64,000 nt of DNA from Pseudobdellovibrionaceae bacterium (GTDB lineage Bacteria > Bdellovibrionota > Bdellovibrionia > Bdellovibrionales > UBA1609). Below, piece after piece: positions 16,408 to 25,740 of this stretch. A program made the position numbers and the translations under genes. A model generated the notes under the pieces. The model had not been told where the DNA came from. It was given only the letters and a program-made list of their open reading frames with translations, and did no database searches. The stretch spans positions 895 to 64,894 of the forward strand of contig JAAOIK010000035.1 in the NCBI GenBank assembly GCA_015163855.1. The letters are read 5' to 3'. Within the stretch, counting starts at the first letter, position 1. Every line of letters begins with the position of its first letter.

Positions 16408-17904
16408 TTAGATACTGCTGGTTCCGTTAGTAGTTACTTTTACCGTACCTTTTAAAGTAAATTCCACAGGGTGAATAACATAACCCGATTGTCCTTTGTA
16501 ATATCTATAGCGAGCAATAGATTTTTTTGCAGAGTTATCTAATTTAGTAAAACCAGAACTTCTATGCACTCTTACTTGGCTTACTCTTCCATGCTTATTT
16601 ACATAATACACTAAGTACACAACCCCTTGCTGTTTTTGCAATCGAGAAGGGTAAGGGTAAAAAGGAACAGGATTGCCAGACAATTGTTTTAAACTGCGCG
16701 CATCGCGAATACCATTTGGTAGGCCAAAGGTTTTTTGAGAACCAGCTCCACCTCTTCCAAAAGCACTTCCACGAGGTCGGTTACCTCGAGATCGATTACC
16801 CAAAGCACTTGCTGTTCTCGTTTTTTTTGCTGTACCTTTGTTGCCTTTTCCAAATATAGAACCCGTGCGAGTTCCTGATTGGTTTCTTTTTCCTAAAGCT
16901 CCAGAGGGACGAGTGTGGTTGGCAGAGGCATTTTTTGCAAACATACTAGAGGCTCGGGCTTTGGAACTGCGTTTTGCAAAAGCACTTTTTTGTTTAGAAG
17001 TTTTTCTGTTTTGTGCTAAAGCACTTTTTCTATTAGCATTGCTATTTCGTTTTGCAAAAGCATTGGGTTTATTAACGGCCGTGCGCTTTTTCCCTAAAAT
17101 ATTTTTTCTTTGGGTATTGCTGTTTCGTTTTGCAAAAGCACTTTTTCGTTTAGAAAGCTTACGCGCTTTCCCTAAAGTGCTGTCTTTTTTGCGAGAGTTT
17201 CGTTTTTTCCCCAAAGTACTAACTCGACTAGATTTAAAAGATCGCTTTCCTAAAACCTGTTGTCTAGGTACAGACACAGAAGATTTTTTTACTAAATTTC
17301 TTAAACCAGACTCTTCGGGCTCGGGTGTATTATCGGCCACAGGAGTGTCGTTACTTTCTAAGGATTTTTCGTTTAAATTATCCTCTGCTAAATTATCTTC
17401 TACTAAATTATCTTCCATTTCTACTTCTGCTTCGGCTATGGCCGCAGCTTCGGCATTAACCACTTCTTGTGGTTGTGTTACAGGGGTTTTTGCAACCTCT
17501 TGTACGGCAGTTTCGACAGGGGCTTGTTCGGCTTGGTCTAGCTCTGGCTCTAAACTAGAAGTTTCTGCAGAGGCAGCTTCTGTATTGGTGGCTTTGGCGG
17601 CCGCCAATTTTGCTTTTTGGTATTTAGAGGCACTCTTGCTAACTTTTTCTTCTAAGTTACTTAGTAAAGAATCATTTAATGCATTTTTGGTAGGGGCAGA
17701 TTTAGCCTTAAGGGAACTTGTGGAATCGCCTTTTCTGCTTCCTAGGTTTACCCCATCGCCAGCCACATGAAAGGTGATTTCCACCAATGTTTCTTTGTCG
17801 GGCTCGGTTATAGGGCTTAAAATCATAAGAGCCACGGCTGCAATATGAAGAATGCAAGACCATGCTAAGTAGGATAGTTTAGTTGTTCGGTTGTATTTCC
17901 ACAT
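16408..17904 (-). CDS. TonB-like energy-transducer protein with an atypical basic repeat linker
   Basis: N-terminal TM anchor LAWSCILHIAAVALMIL. Acidic stretch with EDNL x3. About 200 aa of Lys/Arg/Ser-rich repeats (SAFAKR, LGKKR). C-terminal TonB-type domain: PFYPYPSRLQKQQGVVYLVYYVNKHGRVSQVRVHRSSGFTKLDNSAKKSI. Confidence 0.7.
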   Translation of the reverse strand: MWKYNRTTKLSYLAWSCILHIAAVALMILSPITEPDKETLVEITFHVAGDGVNLGSRKGDSTSSLKAKSAPTKNALNDSLLSNLEEKVSKSASKYQKAKLAAAKATNTEAASAETSSLEPELDQAEQAPVETAVQEVAKTPVTQPQEVVNAEAAAIAEAEVEMEDNLVEDNLAEDNLNEKSLESNDTPVADNTPEPEESGLRNLVKKSSVSVPRQQVLGKRSFKSSRVSTLGKKRNSRKKDSTLGKARKLSKRKSAFAKRNSNTQRKNILGKKRTAVNKPNAFAKRNSNANRKSALAQNRKTSKQKSAFAKRSSKARASSMFAKNASANHTRPSGALGKRNQSGTRTGSIFGKGNKGTAKKTRTASALGNRSRGNRPRGSAFGRGGAGSQKTFGLPNGIRDARSLKQLSGNPVPFYPYPSRLQKQQGVVYLVYYVNKHGRVSQVRVHRSSGFTKLDNSAKKSIARYRYYKGQSGYVIHPVEFTLKGTVKVTTNGTSSI

Positions 17905-18155
17905 ACTTGCTCCTGGGTATCATTACCAGTTATTTAAATAATGCTTTGGTTACTTATTATTTTTTTACGCACTATTATTATGTCTAAATAAGCAAGGTTC
18001 GTGCCTGCGAAGTGGGTTTTTTTTGCAGTTAAAAGGGGCTTTTACCCCTCAAAAAGCCTACTTACACACACAAAACTGTATAAAAAATAGACAGTTAGTC
18101 GTTTTATTAAAATAAAAGCTTTAAGCCCGTTAATAACGATTATTATAAAAGCCAA

Positions 18156-19229
18156 TTAAAGCTTAGACCTAAGGGTATTTACTTTTTTAAGACTAGCTAA
18201 AAGCGCTGTATAGCTTTCTGTATAGCCTTCTGTGTTCCCTACATTTTGGTTTAAAAACTCTAAGGCCTCTTTAGCAGACAAAGGACAGTTGCAGTATAGC
18301 AACATATCGCAACCGGCTTTTAAAGCCATTTGAGCTTTTTGGGAGTGGGAGTAAGCCTGCAATGCTTTCATGTCTAAATCGTCAGAAATAACAACGCCTT
18401 TGTAGCCCAACTTTTTTTTTAAAAGCTGTTGAATAAAAAAAGGAGATAAACTAACAGGTAAGTGTTTGTCTATATTTTTAAATAAAATATGACCGGTCAT
18501 AATAAAAGGAACATTTTGTTTTATGGACATAATAAAACTTTGTAACTCGCGATTTTCTAGTAAGGCTAAACTTCTATTTTCCACAGGTAAGTTTTCATGG
18601 CTATCCACTGTGGTGTTGCCGTGACCAGGAAAGTGTTTGGCGCAAGATAATATAGAGGCTTTTTTAAAACCTTTTAAAAGTTCAACCCCTAAAGCATTTA
18701 CTATTTGGTAGTCTTTTAAAGGCTTTGTGCTATTTTTTTCAAGGGATTGTTGAAGGTTAAAGTGATTATAATTTAAAGCTCTGTCTTCAATAAGTGCATT
18801 ATCTTTATTGGTAAAAATATCTAAACAGGGCGACCAGTTTACATTGATGCCCAAAGATTTTAAATACAGTCCCATGCTGTGGGCGTGTTTAAAGGCATTT
18901 TTTTTAGAGGTATTTAAGTCTTCTTTAATGTATAAACTGCCCACCGCAGGCCAAGTTAAAAAGTGTTCTTTGGGAAGGCGATGAACTCTTCCCCCCTCCA
19001 TATCAATGGCGATAAAAAGGGGAAGCTGACTTTGGGTATGTTGTGATAGGGATTGAATGCTTTGGCACAAGGCCTTAAGTTGTGCAGGGTTGGCAAGGTT
19101 TCTTTTAAATAGTGTAATGCCTGCAATATCGTTTTGTATAATCCATTGTTTTTCTTCGCTGGTTAAAGTGTAGCCTTTAATACCAATGTAAAATAAATTT
19201 CCAAAAGGGAAGGGTTTTTTTGTTTTCAT
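18156..19229 (-). CDS. nagZ: Beta-N-acetylhexosaminidase (GH3, NagZ-like)
   Basis: IAIDMEGGRV, KHFPGHG and GVVISDDLDM motifs. Size is typical of NagZ. Confidence 0.85.
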   Translation of the reverse strand: MKTKKPFPFGNLFYIGIKGYTLTSEEKQWIIQNDIAGITLFKRNLANPAQLKALCQSIQSLSQHTQSQLPLFIAIDMEGGRVHRLPKEHFLTWPAVGSLYIKEDLNTSKKNAFKHAHSMGLYLKSLGINVNWSPCLDIFTNKDNALIEDRALNYNHFNLQQSLEKNSTKPLKDYQIVNALGVELLKGFKKASILSCAKHFPGHGNTTVDSHENLPVENRSLALLENRELQSFIMSIKQNVPFIMTGHILFKNIDKHLPVSLSPFFIQQLLKKKLGYKGVVISDDLDMKALQAYSHSQKAQMALKAGCDMLLYCNCPLSAKEALEFLNQNVGNTEGYTESYTALLASLKKVNTLRSKL

Positions 19230-19256
19230 AATTGTTTGGTCATCGATTTTTATAGT

Positions 19257-20078
19257 TTAAATACTGTATTTTTTTTTGGGGTCTAAATATTCTCGTAAAC
19301 CTTCACCTAATAAATTAAAGGCTAATACTAAAGTTAAAATGGCTAGGCCAGGAAATAAACTAATGTAAGGGGCTGTGCTTAACGAAGCCCTTCCTTGATT
19401 TAGCAAAGCTCCCCAAGATGGTGTGTCTAGCGAAACGCCTAAGCCTAAAAAATTTAATCCCGCTTCGGCAATGCTTATTCCTGCAACAGAGCAAGTCATA
19501 TAAACGAGTATGGGGTTAATTAGCGAAGGCCAAATATGAAAAAATAAAATACGAGCCCAATTAGACCCTAAAGCTTTGGCGTTATGAATAAAATCTTTTT
19601 CTTTAAGGGATAAAATTTCTAAGCGCACTAAGCGAGCATAACTAGCCCACGAGCTAAAGCATAAAGCAAAAAGTAAATTTTTAAAGGAGGGGCCTAAAAA
19701 AGCAATTAAAGAAAGAGCAAATAAAAAATTAGGAAAAGCATACACCATGTCTGTAATACGCATGATAATATAATCGGTTTTTCCACCTAGCAAACCAGCA
19801 AGGCTTCCTAGCAAAAGCCCGATGATGGCGCTAATGAAAACTACGGTAACAGAAATCCCTAAGCTTAAGCGAGTTCCCCAAACCACTTTGCTAAAAATAT
19901 CACTACCGTTGCTGTCGGTTCCAAACCAGTGAAGTTGGCTGGGTGGGGAGTATTGCAAATGCAAGTAAATAGCATTGGGGTCTTGCTGTGCTATCCAAGG
20001 GGCAAAGAGGGCTACCACACTAAGTAGTAATAAAAGAAAAGTAGAAAGCGATAAAAAAACTTTAATTTTTATAGTCAT
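19257..20078 (-). CDS. ABC transporter permease, Dpp/Opp C-type
   Basis: Six TM segments. EAA-type loop region NAKALGSNWARILFFHIWPS. Overlaps the upstream permease gene by 4 nt. Confidence 0.85.
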   Translation of the reverse strand: MTIKIKVFLSLSTFLLLLLSVVALFAPWIAQQDPNAIYLHLQYSPPSQLHWFGTDSNGSDIFSKVVWGTRLSLGISVTVVFISAIIGLLLGSLAGLLGGKTDYIIMRITDMVYAFPNFLFALSLIAFLGPSFKNLLFALCFSSWASYARLVRLEILSLKEKDFIHNAKALGSNWARILFFHIWPSLINPILVYMTCSVAGISIAEAGLNFLGLGVSLDTPSWGALLNQGRASLSTAPYISLFPGLAILTLVLAFNLLGEGLREYLDPKKKYSI

Positions 20079-20989
20079 TGTCGGTTAGCCTGCGAATATT
20101 GATGAGCAAAGTCGGTTAGTAAATTAATAAATACATAAATGAGTGCTATTACTAGCACACAAGCTTGAACAATGGGGTAGTCTCTTTGGTTAATGGCATC
20201 TAATAATAATTTTCCGATACCAGGCCAGTCAAAAATGGTTTCTGTAATTACTGTTCCTGTTAAAAGGGCTGCAAATTGCAAACCGATGGTGGTGATCACA
20301 GGCCCTATGGCGTTTTTTAAAGCGTGTTTAAAATAAATTTTAAAATTCGAAAGGCCTTTGGCTTTTGCGGTGCGAATATAATCTTCGGCTAGCGTGTCTA
20401 ATAGCGAGCTTCTACAAACGCGTGTTAAAATCGCACCCAAGGGTAGGGCTAAACTTAATGCGGGTAAAAATAAATGCATTAGTGTGCCCCTTTCTCCTGC
20501 AGGAAATATAGGAAACCGCAAAGCTAGTAGCCAAATTAAAAAAGGCCCTAACAAAAAGCCAGGAGTAGATAAGGTAAATAAAGAAAAGATAGAAAAACTA
20601 TTATCAAAAATAGAGTGTTTTTTTAAAGCCGAAAACACTCCCAAGGGAATAGAAAAAGCAATAGCCATAAACATGGCAGCTAAACTAAGTTCGATGGTAG
20701 CGGGCAAGCTTTCTTTTAAATAACTAGCTACAGAAACTTTATTGTATAACGAGTAGCCAAAATTTCCATGAAGCAAGTCTTTAAAAAAATGTAAGTATTG
20801 TTGAAACAGACTTTGATCTAAGCCCAATGCGTAGTAAAGCTTTTGTTTTTCCATCGCCGAGGCCATGTCACCTAAAATCTGATCCACAGGGTTTCCTGGT
20901 ATAAGGTGAATTAATAAAAAAGAAAAACTAGCTACTCCCCATATAACTAAGGCAATCCCTAACAGAGAAAAAATTTTTTTAATAAACAT
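20075..20989 (-). CDS. ABC transporter permease, Dpp/Opp B-type
   Basis: The N-terminus is typical of DppB/OppB (LIHLIPGNPVDQILG). EAA loop DYIRTAKAKGLS. Confidence 0.85.
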   Translation of the reverse strand: MFIKKIFSLLGIALVIWGVASFSFLLIHLIPGNPVDQILGDMASAMEKQKLYYALGLDQSLFQQYLHFFKDLLHGNFGYSLYNKVSVASYLKESLPATIELSLAAMFMAIAFSIPLGVFSALKKHSIFDNSFSIFSLFTLSTPGFLLGPFLIWLLALRFPIFPAGERGTLMHLFLPALSLALPLGAILTRVCRSSLLDTLAEDYIRTAKAKGLSNFKIYFKHALKNAIGPVITTIGLQFAALLTGTVITETIFDWPGIGKLLLDAINQRDYPIVQACVLVIALIYVFINLLTDFAHQYSQANRQ

Positions 20990-21051
20990 ATTTAAAGTTT
21001 AAGCTAGTATTTATACTTAAACCTTACTAAGGCCACTGTTAGAATGCAATA

Positions 21052-21924
21052 TTATAGAGAAATAATTTGGCTATGTAGTTGTCTTAAGGGCATGTTGGTT
21101 TTAATTAACTTTCCCTTGCGGTCCATAGTGGTGTTAAAACTATAGTCTTTATATTGAGACTTCCATGTAAAGGCATTATCTTGGGTTTGTGTTAATGTGG
21201 CAGTGCCTTTTTCTATTTGTAAATTTTCTTCCGAAAAGCTGGTAAAGGCGAGGGCTTTTTGTAAGCCAATTTTAGTGGTTAAATGCTTAGTGGTTAAGTG
21301 TTTATTAGTTAGGGGGTGTGTGGGTTGATTATTTGCTATTTTTTGGCTTAATACCAAGCTTAAAAAAGCACTTAAAAATACGGGGGCGGGCAAGGCTTTA
21401 TTAAACACTTGCTTATAAATTTTACCGCCTTTGTATTGAGTAATTTGTGCGCTAACCCATAGTTGGTTTGTATTTTTAAATCGTCCTACCTTTCGTTTTT
21501 TTATAAAGGCTTTTGATTTAGAAAGTAATACTTTGGTTTGCCATTTTTTATAAAACCTAGCCTTTATGGTTTTTAAAATTTCCCTATTTTTTTTAAAAAC
21601 ATAATAATAAGACACAGGCTCTAAACGGATATTACTTTTGGCAGTTAAAAATTCTTCAATTTGTTGTGCCCCTAAGTTTTCTTTACGAAGCGAGTAGTTA
21701 TCTATAGTAAAGACTTTCGTTTTTGTATCAAAACTTAGTTTTTGTCGCCAGTTACCCACTTTTTCTTTTTGCGAAAATATATTGTGTTTAATATCCCAAA
21801 GTTGCGACAATTTTGTTTGATTATTTTGTAGTGGTAAAGGAACGGGCGCGGCCATGCTAGTTACAGAAAGTATCATTAACAAAAAAGGACAGGCTCGCAA
21901 CAAGGTTTGTAATAAATAACACAT
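21052..21924 (-). CDS. Hypothetical secreted protein (first gene of the permease-nagZ operon)
   Basis: Signal-like N-terminus. Lys-rich. Short internal repeat NKHLTTKHLTTK. No family recognised. Confidence 0.45.
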   Translation of the reverse strand: MCYLLQTLLRACPFLLMILSVTSMAAPVPLPLQNNQTKLSQLWDIKHNIFSQKEKVGNWRQKLSFDTKTKVFTIDNYSLRKENLGAQQIEEFLTAKSNIRLEPVSYYYVFKKNREILKTIKARFYKKWQTKVLLSKSKAFIKKRKVGRFKNTNQLWVSAQITQYKGGKIYKQVFNKALPAPVFLSAFLSLVLSQKIANNQPTHPLTNKHLTTKHLTTKIGLQKALAFTSFSEENLQIEKGTATLTQTQDNAFTWKSQYKDYSFNTTMDRKGKLIKTNMPLRQLHSQIISL

Positions 21925-22040
21925 GATTAAAGTCTAGTAGAATTGCCTCTAAAGGCAAGAAGATTTACTCTATAAATAGAAGGCTTAAACCCTTCTAATT
22001 TTTATATGAGGGTCAAACCCTTTTGTGGATAACATAATTA

Positions 22041-24233
22041 ATGAAAAGCTTAAAACCTATCTGTATAAACTTATTGTTAAATAAAAACGGCCAAATGGCG
22101 GTTTTTATTGTGCTTATCTTTCAAGTGCTATTTGTTTTATTTGCCATGGTTATTAACATTGGCCTTATAGTGCACGATAAAATAAATTTACAAAACTCGG
22201 TGGATTTAGCCGCCTATTACGCCGCCCAAAGACAAGCCGAATCTTTAAATACTATTGCTCACCAAAATTACCAAATTCGCCAAGCTTGGAAATTATTATC
22301 TTGGAGGTATTTAGTATTAGGAACTAGTCCGATGACCAACAATACAAAGCCGCCGACATTTCCGGGAAAATCCCCCAATAAACTTATTCACCCTGCCGCA
22401 AGAGAACTTGGACCTACAAATAATTGCTTTAAGGGATTTGTAAACTATTCAGCAAACCCTGGTCCTGCAGGGAAGTGTAAACTAGTGCCTGTTATTTGTA
22501 TGGCCGATATTCATCCATGGGAGATCAAGACAAAAGGCAATAGTGGGAATACCAAAAACCAAGATCAATTTTGTAGAAGTTTAAATTTTCAAGTAAATGC
22601 GTTAGACCTGCCTAGAAGTATTGCAGGGTCTGCGGTTAGTGTTGCTGGTGTGAGAAGTAGTATTGCCCAGTTTAACGCACAATTTGCCGAAAGTTGTAAG
22701 GGAGCAGATTCTTTGCAAATTGTGTATGCAAGTAGCCTTTTAACGGCCTTTGATCATGAACAAAGTAACCGGTTAAAAATTTTATATACAGTGGCTAAAG
22801 ATTTATCTAAAAGCTTTGACATTGATGGTCGCTCTATAAAAGAAGGAGCTTTTAAAGTTTTAACAAAAAATTTATCCTATGCTAATGCTCAGTCCATTAA
22901 CTTTTCTAATTTTAAGTTATATAATTCGGTAAGTAGTAATAATAAGGTTAAGCTTTCTAAATGGCTAGTTCCTATTGTTGTTAACCCCGCCATTATTTTC
23001 GCTAGGCTAAAGGCTCCGCCAGGTCAAGGCTGTTTCAGTGGCGAGCCAACTATTTTAGCTCCTAAGCTATTTTTACCTAAGAATAATAATGTGGGTTTGG
23101 CGGCTTTTCAACTCCATTTCCCTGGCCAATCTTCAGCCATGGTTGCCCAAGTGCAACGATCTATATATAAATCCACGGGAAGAAAACTAGAAAATATTAC
23201 AAAGTTTTTAAATAACCCTGCGGTTAATGACCCTGAGTTTTTAACCGTGGGTGTGGAAAAAAATCCTTGGTACAGGGTGTACGCGGGGGTTAGCGCCACA
23301 ACTAAACCCAGAGAATTATTTTGGTTAGGTAAGCCAGTAACCTTAAAGGCGGTAGCCTTTGCTACACCTTTTGGTGGCAGAGTGGGCCCGTGGTATGGTA
23401 AAACTTGGCGACATAGCGAGCCTTGGTCTGTTACTGATTTAAGTAAGCGCGTGGACCTTTTATTGCCTCCGCGAGACACCTTTAGAGGTAAACAAAGCGA
23501 AACAAAAAGCACGGTTCAAGAATTTGTTCCTAACTTTTCTCTTTTTCCGGGAGATAAAATGGGTTTGCTTTCCTCCAAGGCTTTGGCAGCTGTTTCTGTA
23601 AAAAATGGGGTAAGGTTTAACCTAAGTCATTTATTGCAATCCGCTTTTAATGGTAATATAAAAAACGGATCGTTCGCTTTAAAAGACGAAACTACATTAT
23701 CTAAACTACCAAAAGAGGGTGGAGATAACCAATCGCCTAGAAGTAGAGAGATAGCTGTGCTTAACCCTAATTATTTTGATATTACCTATTATTCGGTTTT
23801 TCCTGATGCTAAAAATTCTTTTATGCAAAGGGTGGTCAAGGCACAAGCTAGTAAGAAGGCTGTTGTTATTAGAGAGGACATGGGAAATTATTTGCCTTCA
23901 AAAAATACCAGTTTAAAAAAAAGAATAGAAGCATTAACTACAAATAATAAGGTAGATACTGAATACGGAAAATTTATCACCAATCCCGAACTCTTATTAA
24001 CGGGCTGGATTCCTAACGGGCCTTATACATACACATTTAATAAAAACGCTTTTCAAAAGTGTACCAAGTGGGGAAAAGCCGAAAAAGCTCCCGTTATGGG
24101 TGCTTGTGCATCGGGAGGACGAGTGGGTTATTCTGTAAAAATTATTTCTAAAGACGCTTTAAATAGTAATAAATTATCACTGGGTGGTCACAGTGGGGCA
24201 GGCTCTTTAAAAAACCCCCCCCTTAATTTTTAA
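22041..24233 (+). CDS. TadG-like (Flp-pilus-assembly TadE/G-like N-terminal domain) large protein
   Basis: The N-terminus NGQMAVFIVLIFQVLFVLFAMVINIGLIVHDKINLQNSVDLAAYYAA matches the Tad_N/TadG pattern (hydrophobic helix followed by LQnaaDaAAlAaa). The rest is unrecognised. Confidence 0.6.
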   Translation: MKSLKPICINLLLNKNGQMAVFIVLIFQVLFVLFAMVINIGLIVHDKINLQNSVDLAAYYAAQRQAESLNTIAHQNYQIRQAWKLLSWRYLVLGTSPMTNNTKPPTFPGKSPNKLIHPAARELGPTNNCFKGFVNYSANPGPAGKCKLVPVICMADIHPWEIKTKGNSGNTKNQDQFCRSLNFQVNALDLPRSIAGSAVSVAGVRSSIAQFNAQFAESCKGADSLQIVYASSLLTAFDHEQSNRLKILYTVAKDLSKSFDIDGRSIKEGAFKVLTKNLSYANAQSINFSNFKLYNSVSSNNKVKLSKWLVPIVVNPAIIFARLKAPPGQGCFSGEPTILAPKLFLPKNNNVGLAAFQLHFPGQSSAMVAQVQRSIYKSTGRKLENITKFLNNPAVNDPEFLTVGVEKNPWYRVYAGVSATTKPRELFWLGKPVTLKAVAFATPFGGRVGPWYGKTWRHSEPWSVTDLSKRVDLLLPPRDTFRGKQSETKSTVQEFVPNFSLFPGDKMGLLSSKALAAVSVKNGVRFNLSHLLQSAFNGNIKNGSFALKDETTLSKLPKEGGDNQSPRSREIAVLNPNYFDITYYSVFPDAKNSFMQRVVKAQASKKAVVIREDMGNYLPSKNTSLKKRIEALTTNNKVDTEYGKFITNPELLLTGWIPNGPYTYTFNKNAFQKCTKWGKAEKAPVMGACASGGRVGYSVKIISKDALNSNKLSLGGHSGAGSLKNPPLNF

Positions 24234-24317
24234 AGCAAAGCTTTTTGTAGTTTTAAGTAAAATATTTTAAAGCAAAGCTTTTTGTAGTTTTAAGTAAAAT
24301 ATTTTAAAGCAAAGCTT
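24232..24317. repeat. 37-bp tandem repeat x2 plus a 12-nt partial third copy, duplicating the 3' end of mgtE
   Basis: Units at 24232-24268 and 24269-24305, AAAGCAAAGCTTTTTGTAGTTTTAAGTAAAATATTTT. The partial copy at 24306-24317 runs into the mgtE CDS. Each unit contains the palindrome GTAAAATATTTTAC. Confidence 0.85.
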
Positions 24318-25645
24318 GCAATCCCTAAAAAAGAAGCAAAGCTAAAAATATCTACTAAAGTGGTAACCACCACACCGCTGCTAACTGCGGGGTCTTTTCC
24401 TAAAGATTTTAGTGCAATGGGGATGCTAGTTCCTAACAAAGAAGCAACAATAGAGTTTAACACCATCGAAATGGCAATAATTACCCCCACCAATGCATTT
24501 TGCTTCCAAAGGTAAGTTAAAATTCCTGCGCCAAGGCCTGTAACAACCCCTATGGATAAGCCAACCATTACTTCTTTATAAAGAACTCTCCATTTAGAGA
24601 TAAAATGAAAATCTCCCGTGGCAAGCCCTCGAGTCACCACCGTTAAACTTTGTATGGCGGTGTTGCCTCCAAGCCCGGCTACAATATTTTTTAAACTGGC
24701 TAATAAAATTAATTCGCTCATCGTGTTTTCAAACAAAGACACGACAAAGCTGGCAATACCAGCTAAAAATAAATTTAAACTCATCCAAGGTAGGCGGTGC
24801 TTTAAACTTCTTTTTATAGGAGTAAAAATACGATCATCTGATTGCAAGCCGGCTTGCACATAAATATTTTTGGTCAATTGCTCTTGTAACAAATCTACCA
24901 CCTCGTCGATAGTGATAATGCCTGCAAACTTTTGTTCTTCGTCTAATACAGGCAAGGCTACAAAATTATATTGGGTAAAAAGTTCGGCAATATCCAGCTC
25001 GCTGCTAGCAACACTTATGCTAATAATATTTTTTGTACTGATAATATTTTTAATAAGTTCTTCGTCGGGAGCTATAATTAATTGTCTTAAAGAAATTACC
25101 CCTGTAATTTTACTTAATTGGTTTACACAATAAATATAATACACCGAGTTTTTAGTGGCCCAATTTTTTAGTTTATTAGTAGCTTCTTTAACATTTAAAT
25201 TTTCATCAATTTGAAAAATATCGGCAGACATTAGTCGACCTGCCGATTGTTCGGGGTACTTTAATAATTTTTGTATAGTTTGTTGCTTACGAGGCGGTAA
25301 CTCACTGGTCAGCATGGAGTACAAGCTTTCTGGCTTAACAATTTTAGAGATTTGAATAATTTCAGAAGGGCTGCTGTTTTGAAAAATTTTAATTTGCTGG
25401 TCTATTTTTAATTGCCCAAACACTTGTTCGGCTTTTTTAGTAGGGGTGGCTAGTAAAACCAAAGTGGACTTGTTGGTGGCCAACAGGGCAGAGAACAAAA
25501 TTTTTAATTGGCTTTCGGTAATGCTGTCAAAAAGTCGAGCAATCTCCACAGAAGAGGTTTTTTCAATAAGCGCTTCTAAAGGCCTGCTGTTACGGCCCGA
25601 CAGCAGTCTTTTTAAAAGGATTATGTGTGTTTTTTTTGTGCTCAT
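24290..25645 (-). CDS. mgtE: Magnesium transporter MgtE
   Basis: N-terminal MgtE-N region, a CBS pair (VALPVLDEEQKFAGIITIDEVVDLL), and a C-terminal five-TM domain. Confidence 0.88.
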   Translation of the reverse strand: MSTKKTHIILLKRLLSGRNSRPLEALIEKTSSVEIARLFDSITESQLKILFSALLATNKSTLVLLATPTKKAEQVFGQLKIDQQIKIFQNSSPSEIIQISKIVKPESLYSMLTSELPPRKQQTIQKLLKYPEQSAGRLMSADIFQIDENLNVKEATNKLKNWATKNSVYYIYCVNQLSKITGVISLRQLIIAPDEELIKNIISTKNIISISVASSELDIAELFTQYNFVALPVLDEEQKFAGIITIDEVVDLLQEQLTKNIYVQAGLQSDDRIFTPIKRSLKHRLPWMSLNLFLAGIASFVVSLFENTMSELILLASLKNIVAGLGGNTAIQSLTVVTRGLATGDFHFISKWRVLYKEVMVGLSIGVVTGLGAGILTYLWKQNALVGVIIAISMVLNSIVASLLGTSIPIALKSLGKDPAVSSGVVVTTLVDIFSFASFLGIASFALKYFT

Positions 25646-25740
25646 TTTTTTAAATTTTATACCAATTTAGTTAAAAAAGTAGTTTTCAAAATTACAAAAA
25701 CCAGTTTATAATACCATAGAACTTTATAAAAGGAAAAAAT

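Noticed and set aside
16838-17770. A 310-aa plus-strand ORF opposite the TonB-like gene.
   Set aside because: It is a mirror of the repetitive basic linker region. The minus-strand frame has a recognisable TM anchor and TonB C-terminal domain.
17905-18155. A Fur box upstream of the TonB-like gene, and terminator hairpins such as AGGGGTAAAAGCCCCT after nagZ.
   Set aside because: Only fragmentary resemblance to the GATAATGATAATCATTATC consensus (TATCATTAC, AATAATG). The hairpin has a 5-bp stem and is too weak to call.
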